Shown in pieces: positions 43,909 through 52,748 of a stretch of 64,000 bases of DNA. The notes beneath the pieces were generated by a model that worked only from the letters and a program-made list of their open reading frames with translations, had not been told where the DNA came from and ran no database searches. Origin of the DNA: Actinomycetota bacterium (lineage in GTDB: Bacteria; Actinomycetota; Thermoleophilia; Gaiellales; Gaiellaceae); the NCBI GenBank assembly GCA_046727975.1, contig JBKPDR010000004.1, positions 47,819 through 111,818 on the forward strand, read 5' to 3'. The translations under genes were made by a program, and so were the position numbers. Position 1 is the first letter of the stretch. Each line of letters starts with the position of its first letter.

Positions 43909-44576
43909 GCGAAAGGACCAACCTTCTCCTCGAGATCGCGGACGACGAGCTCGTCCTCGGTTGGCGGGACTCGGAGTGGACGGGGATCGCCCCCTTCCTC
44001 GAGGAGGACGTCGCTTTCTCCTCGATCGCGCAGAACGAGATCGGCCACGCGCGGGCCCTGTACGAGATCGCCGCGCGGGAGCTCGACACGACCGCGGACG
44101 GTCTCGCCTTCGACCGGCAGCCCGACGAGTACCGCTGCGCGCCGCTCGTGCAGCTCAGGCGACTCGAGTGGGCGCGAACGATCGCGCGCCACTGGCTCTA
44201 CGAGACGGCAGACGAGATCCGGCTCGCGGTGCTCACGGCGTCGGCCGATCCCGAGCTTGCGGGTATCGCGGCGAAGATCGACCGCGAGGAGGCGTACCAC
44301 CGCATGCACGCCGGGATGTGGATCGACCGCCTGCTCGCGACGGACGAGGGTCGCACGCGCCTGAACGAGTCCGTCGACGAGCTCTGGCCGTTCGCGCTCG
44401 GCGTCCTCGACGAGGAGCTGCAGCTGGAGCTTCGCCGCCGCGCAGAGGAGCGGCTGGGCCGAGCGTTGTCCGAAGCCGAGCCGGTCCCGCGCGGTCGGCA
44501 CGAGGCCGAGCTCCGCGATCTCTGGGAGGAGATGACGATGGTGCGCCGCTCGGCGCCGGTGGGTGCACAGTGGTAA
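43905..44576 (+). CDS. paaC: 1,2-phenylacetyl-CoA epoxidase subunit C
   Basis: ORF 43905..44576 (223 aa). LGDDELVLG-type N-terminus (IADDELVLGWRDSEW) and ferritin-like helices. ATGA overlap with paaB. Confidence 0.85.
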   Translation: MSERTNLLLEIADDELVLGWRDSEWTGIAPFLEEDVAFSSIAQNEIGHARALYEIAARELDTTADGLAFDRQPDEYRCAPLVQLRRLEWARTIARHWLYETADEIRLAVLTASADPELAGIAAKIDREEAYHRMHAGMWIDRLLATDEGRTRLNESVDELWPFALGVLDEELQLELRRRAEERLGRALSEAEPVPRGRHEAELRDLWEEMTMVRRSAPVGAQW

Positions 44577-44606
44577 GGCCATTTCTCGCTGCGCGAGAAA
44601 TGGCCT
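44576..44606 (+). other. Perfect 14-bp stem hairpin between paaC and paaD
   Basis: aggccatttctcgc-tgc-gcgagaaatggcct, starting at the last base of the paaC TAA. The paaD ATG is 15 nt downstream. Confidence 0.6.
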
Positions 44607-44620
44607 AGAAGGCTTCAGCG

Positions 44621-45139
44621 ATGACGAGTTCCGACTCTCCAACCACACGTCGTCCACCAACGGTGGACGACGTGTGGCGGTCGCTGGCCGAGATCCCGGA
44701 TCCCGAGATCCCGGCGATCTCACTGGTCGACCTCGGCGTGATCAAGAGCGTCCACGTCGAAGATCGCCGCGTCCGGATCGAGCTCACGCCGACGTTCATG
44801 GGGTGCCCGGCTCTCGACCGAATGCGCGTGGAAATGCGGGAGGCGGTCGAGCAGCTCGGCGGCGAGCCGCGGATCGACGTCGTCCTCGACGACTCCTGGT
44901 CGACGGACCGCATCAGCGCCGAAGGCCGCGAGAAGCTACGTCGCGCCGGCTTTGCGCCGCCGATGCCGCGCAAGCTGAGCGCACCGACGCTCGTCGAGCT
45001 GCAACGTGGCACCTTCCGCTGCCCGTACTGCGGATCGACCGACACGCGCCTCGAGAACATCTTCGGGCCGACCCCGTGCCGCTCGATCCGCTACTGCAAT
45101 GCGTGCCGGCAGCCGTTCGAGCAGTTCAAGACGCTTTAA
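44621..45139 (+). CDS. paaD: Phenylacetate-CoA oxygenase subunit PaaD (SUF-like / zinc-ribbon C-terminus)
   Basis: ORF 44621..45139 (172 aa). DPEIP.ISLVDLG block and C-terminal CPYCGS...CNAC. Confidence 0.85.
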   Translation: MTSSDSPTTRRPPTVDDVWRSLAEIPDPEIPAISLVDLGVIKSVHVEDRRVRIELTPTFMGCPALDRMRVEMREAVEQLGGEPRIDVVLDDSWSTDRISAEGREKLRRAGFAPPMPRKLSAPTLVELQRGTFRCPYCGSTDTRLENIFGPTPCRSIRYCNACRQPFEQFKTL

Positions 45140-45149
45140 GCCGAGCGGA

Positions 45150-45530
45150 TCAGAGCGGGGCGTAGAGATCGACCGGGACGCCGTCCGGGTCCAGGAGCTG
45201 CGCGTACCGCTGTCTCCAGAACGCGTCCCACGGTTCCTTCTCGCCGTGGAAACCCGCCGATGTGACACGCGCATAGACCTCGTCGACCTCGACGGAGCTC
45301 TCGCACTCGAAGGCGAGCCCGAGTTGGTTTCCGGTCTCCCTCGTCCATTCCGGGCGGAAGCTGCGCACGGTGTCCTCCGTGTCGAGCATGAAGCGGACGC
45401 CGTTCGGGAGGAACGTGTCGACGTGCCCCTCGTCCGGCGTATCGGGCACGTCGAGCCCGAGGAGGCGATAGAACCGGATCGAGCGCTCCATATCGGAGGC
45501 GACGATCCCGACGGCATTGAGCTGCGGCAT
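45150..45530 (-). CDS. Glyoxalase/VOC-family protein
   Basis: ATG at 45530 (MPQLNAVGIVASDMERSIRFY...) within ORF 45150..45776. Typical VOC beta-alpha-beta-beta-beta N-terminus. Confidence 0.8.
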   Translation of the reverse strand: MPQLNAVGIVASDMERSIRFYRLLGLDVPDTPDEGHVDTFLPNGVRFMLDTEDTVRSFRPEWTRETGNQLGLAFECESSVEVDEVYARVTSAGFHGEKEPWDAFWRQRYAQLLDPDGVPVDLYAPL

Positions 45531-45584
45531 CGTGGCGACACTAGCCGAAGCGTCTCTCTCGGCGCCCGCCGCTATGTTGCCTCG

Positions 45585-45803
45585 GTGACGGTCGAGATCC
45601 ACTACTGCCCGACCTGAAGCGGCTACGACACGCGGGCCGCGAGTCTCGCGGCCGAGATCACCTCGAAGCTCGGTCTCGACGCGAACCCGATACCGGGGTC
45701 GAACGGGCAGTTCGACGTCGTCTCCGACGGACGGCTCCTCTTCTCGAAGCAGGCCGAGGGGCGCTTCCCGGAGCATGACGAAATCGTGTTCGCCCTCGCC
45801 TAG
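45585..45803 (+). CDS. SelW/Rdx-family selenoprotein candidate (72 aa, in-frame TGA = Sec at codon 11)
   Basis: GTG 45585, then TVEIHYCPT-TGA(45615..45617)-SGYDTRAASLAAEITSKLGLDANPIPGSNGQFDVVSDGRLLFSKQAEGRFPEHDEIVFALA, TAG at 45801..45803. The CxxU falls at the family redox motif, and the PG..G.F.V..DG.L.FSK...GRFPE block downstream of the TGA is family-typical. The ORF track stops at the TGA. Confidence 0.68.
45635..45653 (+). promoter_or_regulatory. Candidate bacterial SECIS hairpin
   Basis: ggccgcg-agucu-cgcggcc: 7-bp GC stem (8 bp with the A-U closing pair). The apical loop contains GU and starts 24 nt after the UGA. Confidence 0.5.
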
Positions 45804-45922
45804 GTCACGCGGACGCTGTGGACAAGCAGAGGTGGCGGTGATATATCGGCTCGCGTGGACACGGCGGCTCTCCCGGTCATTGTGGGCGAGCGCGGGCTCG
45901 AGCCTCTCGCCGACCGCGACAC

Positions 45923-47002
45923 ATGACCGAGACGCGCGAGGCCGCTCTCGCCTCCCCGGTGAACACGGCGTCAGCGGGAAACCCCGTCATCCGGGCTCGC
46001 GGCGTGTGGAAGGTCTTCGGTCCCCATCCGGAACGATTGGTGGGCTCGCCGGACGCGCTGCTCCCGCGCCGTGAGCTGAGGGAAAAGACCGGGTGCGTCG
46101 TCGCCGTTCGCGACGTCTCGCTCGAGGTCTTCTCGGGAGAGGTCTTCGTGGTCATGGGCCTCTCGGGCTCCGGCAAGTCGACCCTCGTGCGGACGCTCAT
46201 CCGACTGATCGAGCCGACAGCAGGCGAGATCGAGATCGCCGGGCGCGACGTGATGAAGGCGGACCGTGCCGAGCTCCGGGCTCTGCGCCGCCATTCCGTC
46301 TCGATGGTGTTTCAGCACTTCGGGCTGCTCGCGCACCGGCGCGTGATCGACAACGTCGCCTTTGGACTCGAGGTCCGGGGCGTGGGGAAGCACGAGCGGC
46401 ATGCTCGGGCGCACGACGTGCTGAAGCTCGTCGGCCTGGAAGACGTCGCCGACCAGTTCCCCGACCAGCTCTCCGGGGGGATGCAGCAACGGGTCGGCGT
46501 CGCCCGCGCGTTCGCCGTCGATCCGGAGGTAATGCTCTACGACGAGCCCTTCAGCGCGCTCGATCCGCTCATCCGCCGAGACATGCAGGACGAGGTGATG
46601 CGGCTCCAGCGCGAGATCCGCAAGACCACGCTCTTCATCACCCACGACCTGCCCGAGGCGCTGCGCCTTGGCGCGCGGATCGCGATCATGCGCGACGGCG
46701 CGATCGTCCAGCTCGGAACGCCGGAGGAGCTGGTTGGCTCACCCGCCGACGAGTACGTCGAGAACTTCACCCGGGACATTCCACGCAGCCACGTGCTGAC
46801 CCTGCGCTGGATCATGCGCGAGCCAGGCGCGGGGGAGGCTACGGACGGTCCTCGGCTCGACGTCAAGACGACCGTGCGGCAAGCGGTCCCGGTGCTCGCT
46901 TCGAGCGAGAAGCCCGTCTGCTGTGTCGAGGACGGGAACGTCGTCGGCGTGGTCGACCGCGAGGCTGTGCTCGAAGCCATCGCGCAGGAACCGGACGACT
47001 GA
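45923..47002 (+). CDS. proV: Glycine betaine/choline ABC transporter ATPase with C-terminal CBS region
   Basis: ORF 45923..47002 (359 aa). Walker [10 protein letters not shown], signature LSGGMQQR, Walker [11 protein letters not shown]. Confidence 0.9.
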   Translation: MTETREAALASPVNTASAGNPVIRARGVWKVFGPHPERLVGSPDALLPRRELREKTGCVVAVRDVSLEVFSGEVFVVMGLSGSGKSTLVRTLIRLIEPTAGEIEIAGRDVMKADRAELRALRRHSVSMVFQHFGLLAHRRVIDNVAFGLEVRGVGKHERHARAHDVLKLVGLEDVADQFPDQLSGGMQQRVGVARAFAVDPEVMLYDEPFSALDPLIRRDMQDEVMRLQREIRKTTLFITHDLPEALRLGARIAIMRDGAIVQLGTPEELVGSPADEYVENFTRDIPRSHVLTLRWIMREPGAGEATDGPRLDVKTTVRQAVPVLASSEKPVCCVEDGNVVGVVDREAVLEAIAQEPDD

Positions 47003-47004
47003 TC

Positions 47005-49011
47005 GTGGCAACTGTCGTTGCCGAGACGGTCAGGACGACGCCGGTCGTCGTCCATCGCCCCTGGTGGCGCGGGAAGCTCGTCCAGGTCGGAGCGATCGTC
47101 GCGCTCATGTACGTCACCTACCGCGTGTGGGCGCTCGACTACCCGTGGCCGAACGATCTCGTCTGGAACTCGCTCTCGCTGCATCTCGACGACTTCCAGA
47201 CCTGGCTCCTCACCGAGCGGGGCAAGGAGGACACGAGCCTCGTCTTCACCGTGTTCGAGGGCTTCAGCAACTCGATCGACCACCTCGTCGACTGGTTCGA
47301 CCGGCTTCTGCTCTGGATGACCTGGGCGGGGACGACGGTCGCAGGCACGTTGCTCGTGCTGCGCTTCGGCGGGTTGCGCGCTGCGCTGATCACGCTGTTT
47401 GCGTTCGCGACGTTTGCGCTCACGGGGCTGTGGGAGCAGAGCATGCAGACCCTCGCCCTGATGCTGGTGGCGGTCGCGCTCTCACTCGTCGTCGGGATGC
47501 CGCTGGGGATCCTCGCCGGCCGGTCACGACGCTTCAAGAGGACGATCACGCCCGTGCTCGATGCGATGCAGATCGTCCCGGCGTTCGCTTATCTGATGCC
47601 TGTCGTCATCCTCTTCTCGATCGGACCGGCCGCGGCCGTCGTCTCGACGATGATCTACGCGATCCCGCCGGCCATCCGCATCACGGCTCTCGGTATCCAG
47701 AGCGTGCCGGTCAACACCGTCGAAGCGGCGACCTCGATGGGCGCCACCCGCACGCAGCTGCTCGGCAAGGTCCAGCTCCCGCTCGCCCGGAAGATGATCC
47801 TCCTGGGCGTGAACCAGACGATCCTCTTCGCGCTCTCGATGGTCGTGATCGCGGGCTTGATCGGCGGGGGCGGGCTGGGAGCGGTCGTGACGAACGGGCT
47901 CTACTCGAACCCGGCGCTCGCGATCCTTGCCGGGCTCGTGATCGTGGTCACGGCGATGGCGGTCGACCGCGCCACGGAGGCGATCGCAGAGCGGACCGAC
48001 CCCGCGCACGCGCACGTCGACGAGGCGCGGAAGCGGAGGCTGCGTCTTCTGACCGTGGGTACGGCCCTGGGCATCGCGGCCGGGGTGGGCATCTCGAAGG
48101 CGCTCGGGGCGGCACCGGTGTATCCGGACACGTTCGGCGGCGAAGAGGGACGGAGCGCGACGCTCGACGAATGGCTCCTCGCAAAGATCCAGGTCGTCCT
48201 GGACTACGTGCAGGACCCGACCACGTTCGTCTTCGCGATCACCGAGCGCATCGGAGTCTTCATCCTCCAGCAACTGCTGCTGCCCCTCCAGGAGTTCCTC
48301 GTGGAGGCGCCGTGGTTCACGACCGTCGCCGGGCTCACGGCGATCGCGTTCGTCATCAGCGGCCTCCGGCCCGCGCTCACTACGCTCGCGATGCTCGGCC
48401 TGATCGGCTTCACCGGCGTCTGGGCGCTCGCCATGGACACGCTCTCGCAGGTGCTCGTCGCAGCCGCGATCGCGGTCGTCATCGGCGTCGCGCTAGGCAT
48501 TCTGGCTGCGGAAAGCGACCGCTTCTCGAAAGCGATGCGCCCGGTCAACGACATCCTGCAGACGCTCCCGCAGCTCGTCTACATCATCCCGTTCATCTAC
48601 CTGATGCCCGTCTCGATCGTGCCGGGGATCGTCGCCGGTGTGCTCTACGCGTTCCCCGTCACCCTGCGGCTCGTCGAGCGGGGCGTGCGCGATGTGGCGC
48701 CTGCCTCGGTCGAGGCCGCAAGCGCATACGGGGCCTCGAGGCGGCAGGTGCTGACGAAGGTGAAGCTCCCACTTGCGGGTGATGCCGTCATGCTGGGCCT
48801 CAACCAGGCGATCATCATGGTGCTCGCCGTCGTCGTGATCGGCGGGCTCGTCGGGTCGGGAGGTCTCGGCTACGAAGTGGCGCAGGGTCTCGTCCGAGGC
48901 CAGTTCGGACAGGGCGTGATCGCCTCCCTCGCGATTCTCGCACTGGGCATCGCTCTCGATCGTGTGACGCAAGGCTCGAGGCAAGGAAGGAGGGCATGGA
49001 ATGAGTCATAG
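47005..49011 (+). CDS. proW: Tandem-fused (duplicated) ProW/OpuAB-type ABC permease
   Basis: GTG at 47005, 2 nt after the proV stop, within ORF 46093..49011. Two complete permease modules, each with an EAA-like loop (VEAATSMGATRTQLL.KVQLPLA and VEAASAYGASRRQVLTKVKLPLA). Confidence 0.85.
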   Translation: MATVVAETVRTTPVVVHRPWWRGKLVQVGAIVALMYVTYRVWALDYPWPNDLVWNSLSLHLDDFQTWLLTERGKEDTSLVFTVFEGFSNSIDHLVDWFDRLLLWMTWAGTTVAGTLLVLRFGGLRAALITLFAFATFALTGLWEQSMQTLALMLVAVALSLVVGMPLGILAGRSRRFKRTITPVLDAMQIVPAFAYLMPVVILFSIGPAAAVVSTMIYAIPPAIRITALGIQSVPVNTVEAATSMGATRTQLLGKVQLPLARKMILLGVNQTILFALSMVVIAGLIGGGGLGAVVTNGLYSNPALAILAGLVIVVTAMAVDRATEAIAERTDPAHAHVDEARKRRLRLLTVGTALGIAAGVGISKALGAAPVYPDTFGGEEGRSATLDEWLLAKIQVVLDYVQDPTTFVFAITERIGVFILQQLLLPLQEFLVEAPWFTTVAGLTAIAFVISGLRPALTTLAMLGLIGFTGVWALAMDTLSQVLVAAAIAVVIGVALGILAAESDRFSKAMRPVNDILQTLPQLVYIIPFIYLMPVSIVPGIVAGVLYAFPVTLRLVERGVRDVAPASVEAASAYGASRRQVLTKVKLPLAGDAVMLGLNQAIIMVLAVVVIGGLVGSGGLGYEVAQGLVRGQFGQGVIASLAILALGIALDRVTQGSRQGRRAWNES

Positions 49012-49033
49012 CTCCGTGGGGAAGGAGGGTCGA

Positions 49034-50011
49034 ATGTCGGATCGTCTTGGCCGTCGCGGCGTCGTCGGCCTGATCGGTATTGCGCTCGTCGCGGCAGCGG
49101 CGCTCTCCGTGTCGGGGAGCGCGTTCGGCGGAAGTGCGCAGAGCTGCGGCACGGTCGTCATCAACGAGCAGTCGTGGGCGGGCTCGACGGCGAACACCTA
49201 CGTCGCGAAGTACGTGCTCGAGAAGCGGCTCGGCTGCAAGATCAAGATCACGAACGTCACGGAGGGCCCGCCGTACTTCCAGGCGATGCGAGACGGCAAG
49301 GTGGACGTCGCGCTCGAGGACTGGGACAACACGCTGACGGCGGCAGCGAAGCCCTACATAAAGGACGGGTCGGTCCGTGTTATCGGCTCGAACGGGATCA
49401 CCGGCGTCATCGGCTGGTACATCCCACGCTATCTCCTGAAGCAGTACCCGCAGTTCAAGACCTGGAGAGGCCTGAAGGGGAAAGAGGACGTGTTCAAGTC
49501 TCCGGAGTCGGGCTCGCAGGGGATGTTCCTCGGGGGCGATCCCTCCTACGTGCAGAAGGATCGCATGCTGATCCGTGGCCTCGGCCTCAACCTGAAGCAC
49601 GTGGTCGCAGGGGCCGAGCCGGCGCAGGTTGCGCGTTGGAGTCAGCTGTACAAGCAGAAGAAGCCCGTGCTCTTCTACTGGTACGACCCGCAGTACCTGA
49701 ACGCGCAGTACGACCTGTACCGGGTGAAGCTGCCTCCGCGCTTCAAGGGCTGCCAGGACGACGAGAAGCAGGGCGGAGACCCGAAAAAGTACGCGTGCGA
49801 GTACCCCTCCTACGGTCTCGACAAGCTCATCTCGAAGAAGTTCGCGACGAGCGGCTCGCCGGCCGTCGCGTTCGTCAAGAAGTGGAAGTGGACCTCGGCG
49901 GACCAGAACTTCGTCGCCAACCTCATCGCCGGCAAGAAGCTGAAGCCGGAGAAGGCGGCGGCGCAGTGGGTGAAGGCGAACAAGGCGAAAGTCAACGCAT
50001 GGCTCAAGTGA
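49034..50011 (+). CDS. proX: Glycine betaine/choline ABC transporter substrate-binding protein
   Basis: ORF 49001..50011. I prefer the ATG at 49034, preceded by GGAAGGAGGG. Signal peptide. WAGS..N and GWYIP blocks of the OpuAC family. Confidence 0.85.
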   Translation: MSDRLGRRGVVGLIGIALVAAAALSVSGSAFGGSAQSCGTVVINEQSWAGSTANTYVAKYVLEKRLGCKIKITNVTEGPPYFQAMRDGKVDVALEDWDNTLTAAAKPYIKDGSVRVIGSNGITGVIGWYIPRYLLKQYPQFKTWRGLKGKEDVFKSPESGSQGMFLGGDPSYVQKDRMLIRGLGLNLKHVVAGAEPAQVARWSQLYKQKKPVLFYWYDPQYLNAQYDLYRVKLPPRFKGCQDDEKQGGDPKKYACEYPSYGLDKLISKKFATSGSPAVAFVKKWKWTSADQNFVANLIAGKKLKPEKAAAQWVKANKAKVNAWLK

Positions 50012-50021
50012 GCTGACGTCT

Positions 50022-50051
50022 GCGGCGGGGGCGCCCCCGCGTCCCCGCCGT
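50022..50051. terminator. GC-rich palindrome between convergent proX and aldehyde dehydrogenase genes
   Basis: Perfect 16-nt palindrome gcgggggcgcccccgc (50025..50040). An alternative pairing is cggcgggg / ccccgccg. Confidence 0.5.
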
Positions 50052-50057
50052 TGGCAT

Positions 50058-51515
50058 CTACCCCAGGTTCACAACTACGGTCTTCAGCTCGGTGAAAGAC
50101 TCCATCGCGTGTCGCCCGCCGACGCGGCCGACGCCGGACCCCGATCCCGAGCGGCCTCCGAAGGGGAGATGGCTCTCCCAGTAGTTCGTCGACTCGTTGA
50201 TGTTGACCCAGCCGGCGCGGGCCGCCTCGGCGAAGCGCAGGCCGCGCCCGAGATCGCGCGTCCAGACGGCCGCGAGCAGCCCGTACGGAGAGCTGTTCAC
50301 GATCCGTAGCGCATCGTCCTCCGACTGGATGGTCGAGATCGGGAGCACCGGCCCGAACGTCTCCTCACGGGCCACCTCCATCTCGTCGGTGACGCTGTCG
50401 AGCACGGTCGCCTGCCAGTAGAGATCGGTCGGGAAACCGTTTGCCCGCGAGCCGCCGAGGACGATCTCGGCGCCACGATCCACGGCTTCGCCGACGTGGC
50501 GGTCGATCTTCTCCGCGGTCGGCGCGTTGTTGAGCGGCCCCATCGTGGTCTCCTCGAGGAGGGGGTCACCGAGACGGATCTCGCGCGCGATCGCCGCCTG
50601 CAGCTTGTCCACGTACTCGTCGTGCACGGCGTCGTGAACGAGGAAGCGCTCGCCTGCGGTGCAGCTCTGGCCCGCGCACAGGAAAGCGGCGACGAGGCTC
50701 CCCTCGACGGCCGCGTCCAGGTCGGCATCGTCGAGAATCACCATCGGCCCGTTGCCGCCGAGCTCGAGCACGAGCGTCTTGCCCGCCGCACGAGCCGCGA
50801 CCGCGTTCCCCGTGGCCGTCGAGCCGATGAACCCGACAGCGTGCGTGCCCGTGCTGCCGGCGAGTTCGTCCCCTACGACGCGACCCGGGCCGGTGACCAT
50901 CGAAAAGACGCCCTCCGGCAGCTCGGCGTCGACGATGCACTCCGCCAGCTTCACGGCACACACCGAGGTCGAGCTTGCGGGCGCCCAGACGACGGCGTTG
51001 CCCGCGGCGAGGGCGGGTGCCAGGAGCTCCGCGGGCATCGTGTACGGCCAGTTCCACGGCGTGATCACGGCGGCGACGCCGCGCGGCACGCGATAGGCGA
51101 GGACACGCTTGTCCGCGCTGACCGAGGGAGGCATCGACCCTTCCAGTCGCTTGACGTCCGCGGCAGCCATTGCCCAGTACTCGATGAGCTCGTCGACCTC
51201 GCCGTACGCCTCCGCGTGGAGCGGCTTGCCCTGGTCGAGCGCGAGCGTGTAAGCCAGGTCGTCGCGACGCTCGGCGATGAGCTCCGCGACGCGCTCCATG
51301 GCGTGCGCGCGCTCGAACGCAGATCGGGCCGCCCAGTCGGCGGAGGCCGTGTTGGCCGCCGCAATCGCGCGCTGCGCGTCCTCGCGGGTTCCTTCCGGGA
51401 CCGTCCCGATGATCTCGCCCGTCGCGGGGCTCGTCGCCTCGATGCGGCTGCCCGACTCGCTCTCCGTCCAGGCGCCGCCGACCACCATCCCGTAGTCGCG
51501 CACCGCGGTGCTCAT
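50058..51515 (-). CDS. NAD(P)-dependent aldehyde dehydrogenase (betaine-aldehyde dehydrogenase candidate by context)
   Basis: ATG at 51515 (MSTAVRDYGMVVGG...) within ORF 50058..52418. ELGGNGP and FLCAGQSCTAG catalytic blocks. ATGA overlap with the upstream ADH. Confidence 0.88.
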   Translation of the reverse strand: MSTAVRDYGMVVGGAWTESESGSRIEATSPATGEIIGTVPEGTREDAQRAIAAANTASADWAARSAFERAHAMERVAELIAERRDDLAYTLALDQGKPLHAEAYGEVDELIEYWAMAAADVKRLEGSMPPSVSADKRVLAYRVPRGVAAVITPWNWPYTMPAELLAPALAAGNAVVWAPASSTSVCAVKLAECIVDAELPEGVFSMVTGPGRVVGDELAGSTGTHAVGFIGSTATGNAVAARAAGKTLVLELGGNGPMVILDDADLDAAVEGSLVAAFLCAGQSCTAGERFLVHDAVHDEYVDKLQAAIAREIRLGDPLLEETTMGPLNNAPTAEKIDRHVGEAVDRGAEIVLGGSRANGFPTDLYWQATVLDSVTDEMEVAREETFGPVLPISTIQSEDDALRIVNSSPYGLLAAVWTRDLGRGLRFAEAARAGWVNINESTNYWESHLPFGGRSGSGSGVGRVGGRHAMESFTELKTVVVNLG

Positions 51516-52684
51516 CGCTTCCCCCGCGAGAACGCGTTGCGGTAGATCTCCTCGTAGCCGTCGACGTCGACCTCGCGGGGATTGCCGATCGTCTGCGGGT
51601 CCTCGAAGGCGATGCGGGCGAGCATCGGGATCTCGTCCGTCGAGAATCCGAGGTCCTCCATCGTCGGAATGTCCACGTCCTCGGTCAGCCGGTAGACCTC
51701 CTCGACACCCGCAGCCGCGGCCTCGAGCGTGTCCAGCCCGGACGTGTCGACGCCCAGAGCCTGGGCGATCCGGGCGTAGCGTTCCGGGGCGGCCGGGACG
51801 TTGTGCTCGCAGACCGGCCCGAGAACGCGTGCCGTGAGAGCTCCGTGGGGACAGTCGTGTACTCCGCCCGCCGACTGACTCATCGCATGCGCTGCGCCGG
51901 CACTCTCGGTGCCGTAGGCCATGCCGCCGAACGTCGCCGAGTGCGCCATCATCGTGCGTGCCTCGACATTCCGGCCGTCCTCGTAGGCGAGTCGTAGCCA
52001 CTTCCCGGCGAGCTCGATGGCCGTGAGCGCGACGGCATCGTTGAACGGCTGGTGGTAGTCGCACGTGTAGCACTCGATCCCGTGGGAGAGCGCGTCCATT
52101 CCCGTGGCCGCAGTGACGGCCGGCGGCAGGCCGAGCGTCAGCTCTGGATCGACGAGCGCGACGTGCGGGCCGATGAGCGGCGTTCCCCCGACGTTGAACT
52201 TGATCCTGCGGTCGGTGTCCGTGATGACCGCCCAGAGGGTCACCTCGCTCCCGGTCCCGGCGGTCGTCGGAACCGCGACCAGAGGGGGGATACGCGACGT
52301 GATGGGTGTCTGGCCGTACTCGTACCTGCGGATCGAGCCCCCGTGAGCGATCTCCACACCGATCGACTTCGCGGTGTCGATCGAGCTCCCCCCGCCTAGA
52401 GCGACGAGCCCATCGCATCCCTCGCCGCGATAAACAGCGGACGCCCGCCCGACGAGCTCTATGTCGGGATTCGCATAGACGTCGTCGAAGAGGACGGCGC
52501 CCTCGAGGTGCTCGAGCGCACGGTCCGCGAGCCCCGCCCCGGCGACACCTTTGTCCGTGACGAGAAGGGGCCGCGTGACACCGAGGTCGCGGACGACGTC
52601 TCCGAGCTGCGAGATCGCCCCTGGGCCGTGGACGATCCTGGTCGGCAGCTCCACCGTACGCACGGTCTCGACCTCGACGCTCAC
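51512..52684 (-). CDS. Type III iron-containing alcohol dehydrogenase (choline dehydrogenase GbsB-like by context)
   Basis: ORF 51512..52684 (390 aa). GGGSSIDTAK and metal-binding histidines (ALSHGIE, AHAMSQ..GG..D.PHG). Confidence 0.88.
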   Translation of the reverse strand: MSVEVETVRTVELPTRIVHGPGAISQLGDVVRDLGVTRPLLVTDKGVAGAGLADRALEHLEGAVLFDDVYANPDIELVGRASAVYRGEGCDGLVALGGGSSIDTAKSIGVEIAHGGSIRRYEYGQTPITSRIPPLVAVPTTAGTGSEVTLWAVITDTDRRIKFNVGGTPLIGPHVALVDPELTLGLPPAVTAATGMDALSHGIECYTCDYHQPFNDAVALTAIELAGKWLRLAYEDGRNVEARTMMAHSATFGGMAYGTESAGAAHAMSQSAGGVHDCPHGALTARVLGPVCEHNVPAAPERYARIAQALGVDTSGLDTLEAAAAGVEEVYRLTEDVDIPTMEDLGFSTDEIPMLARIAFEDPQTIGNPREVDVDGYEEIYRNAFSRGKR

Positions 52685-52748
52685 CCTGTCCTCACGCTCA
52701 GAATCACGGCCGGAAAGATCCTATTCACGCGACCTCACCTGAGCAACG

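Noticed and set aside
45804-45922. A riboswitch (for example the c-di-AMP/ydaO type or a glycine riboswitch) upstream of the osmolyte transporter, and another upstream of the GcvT-like gene
   Set aside because: I could not recognise the conserved cores of these riboswitch classes. Only short direct repeats (gtggaca twice) and a gatatatc palindrome are visible, which is too weak to call.
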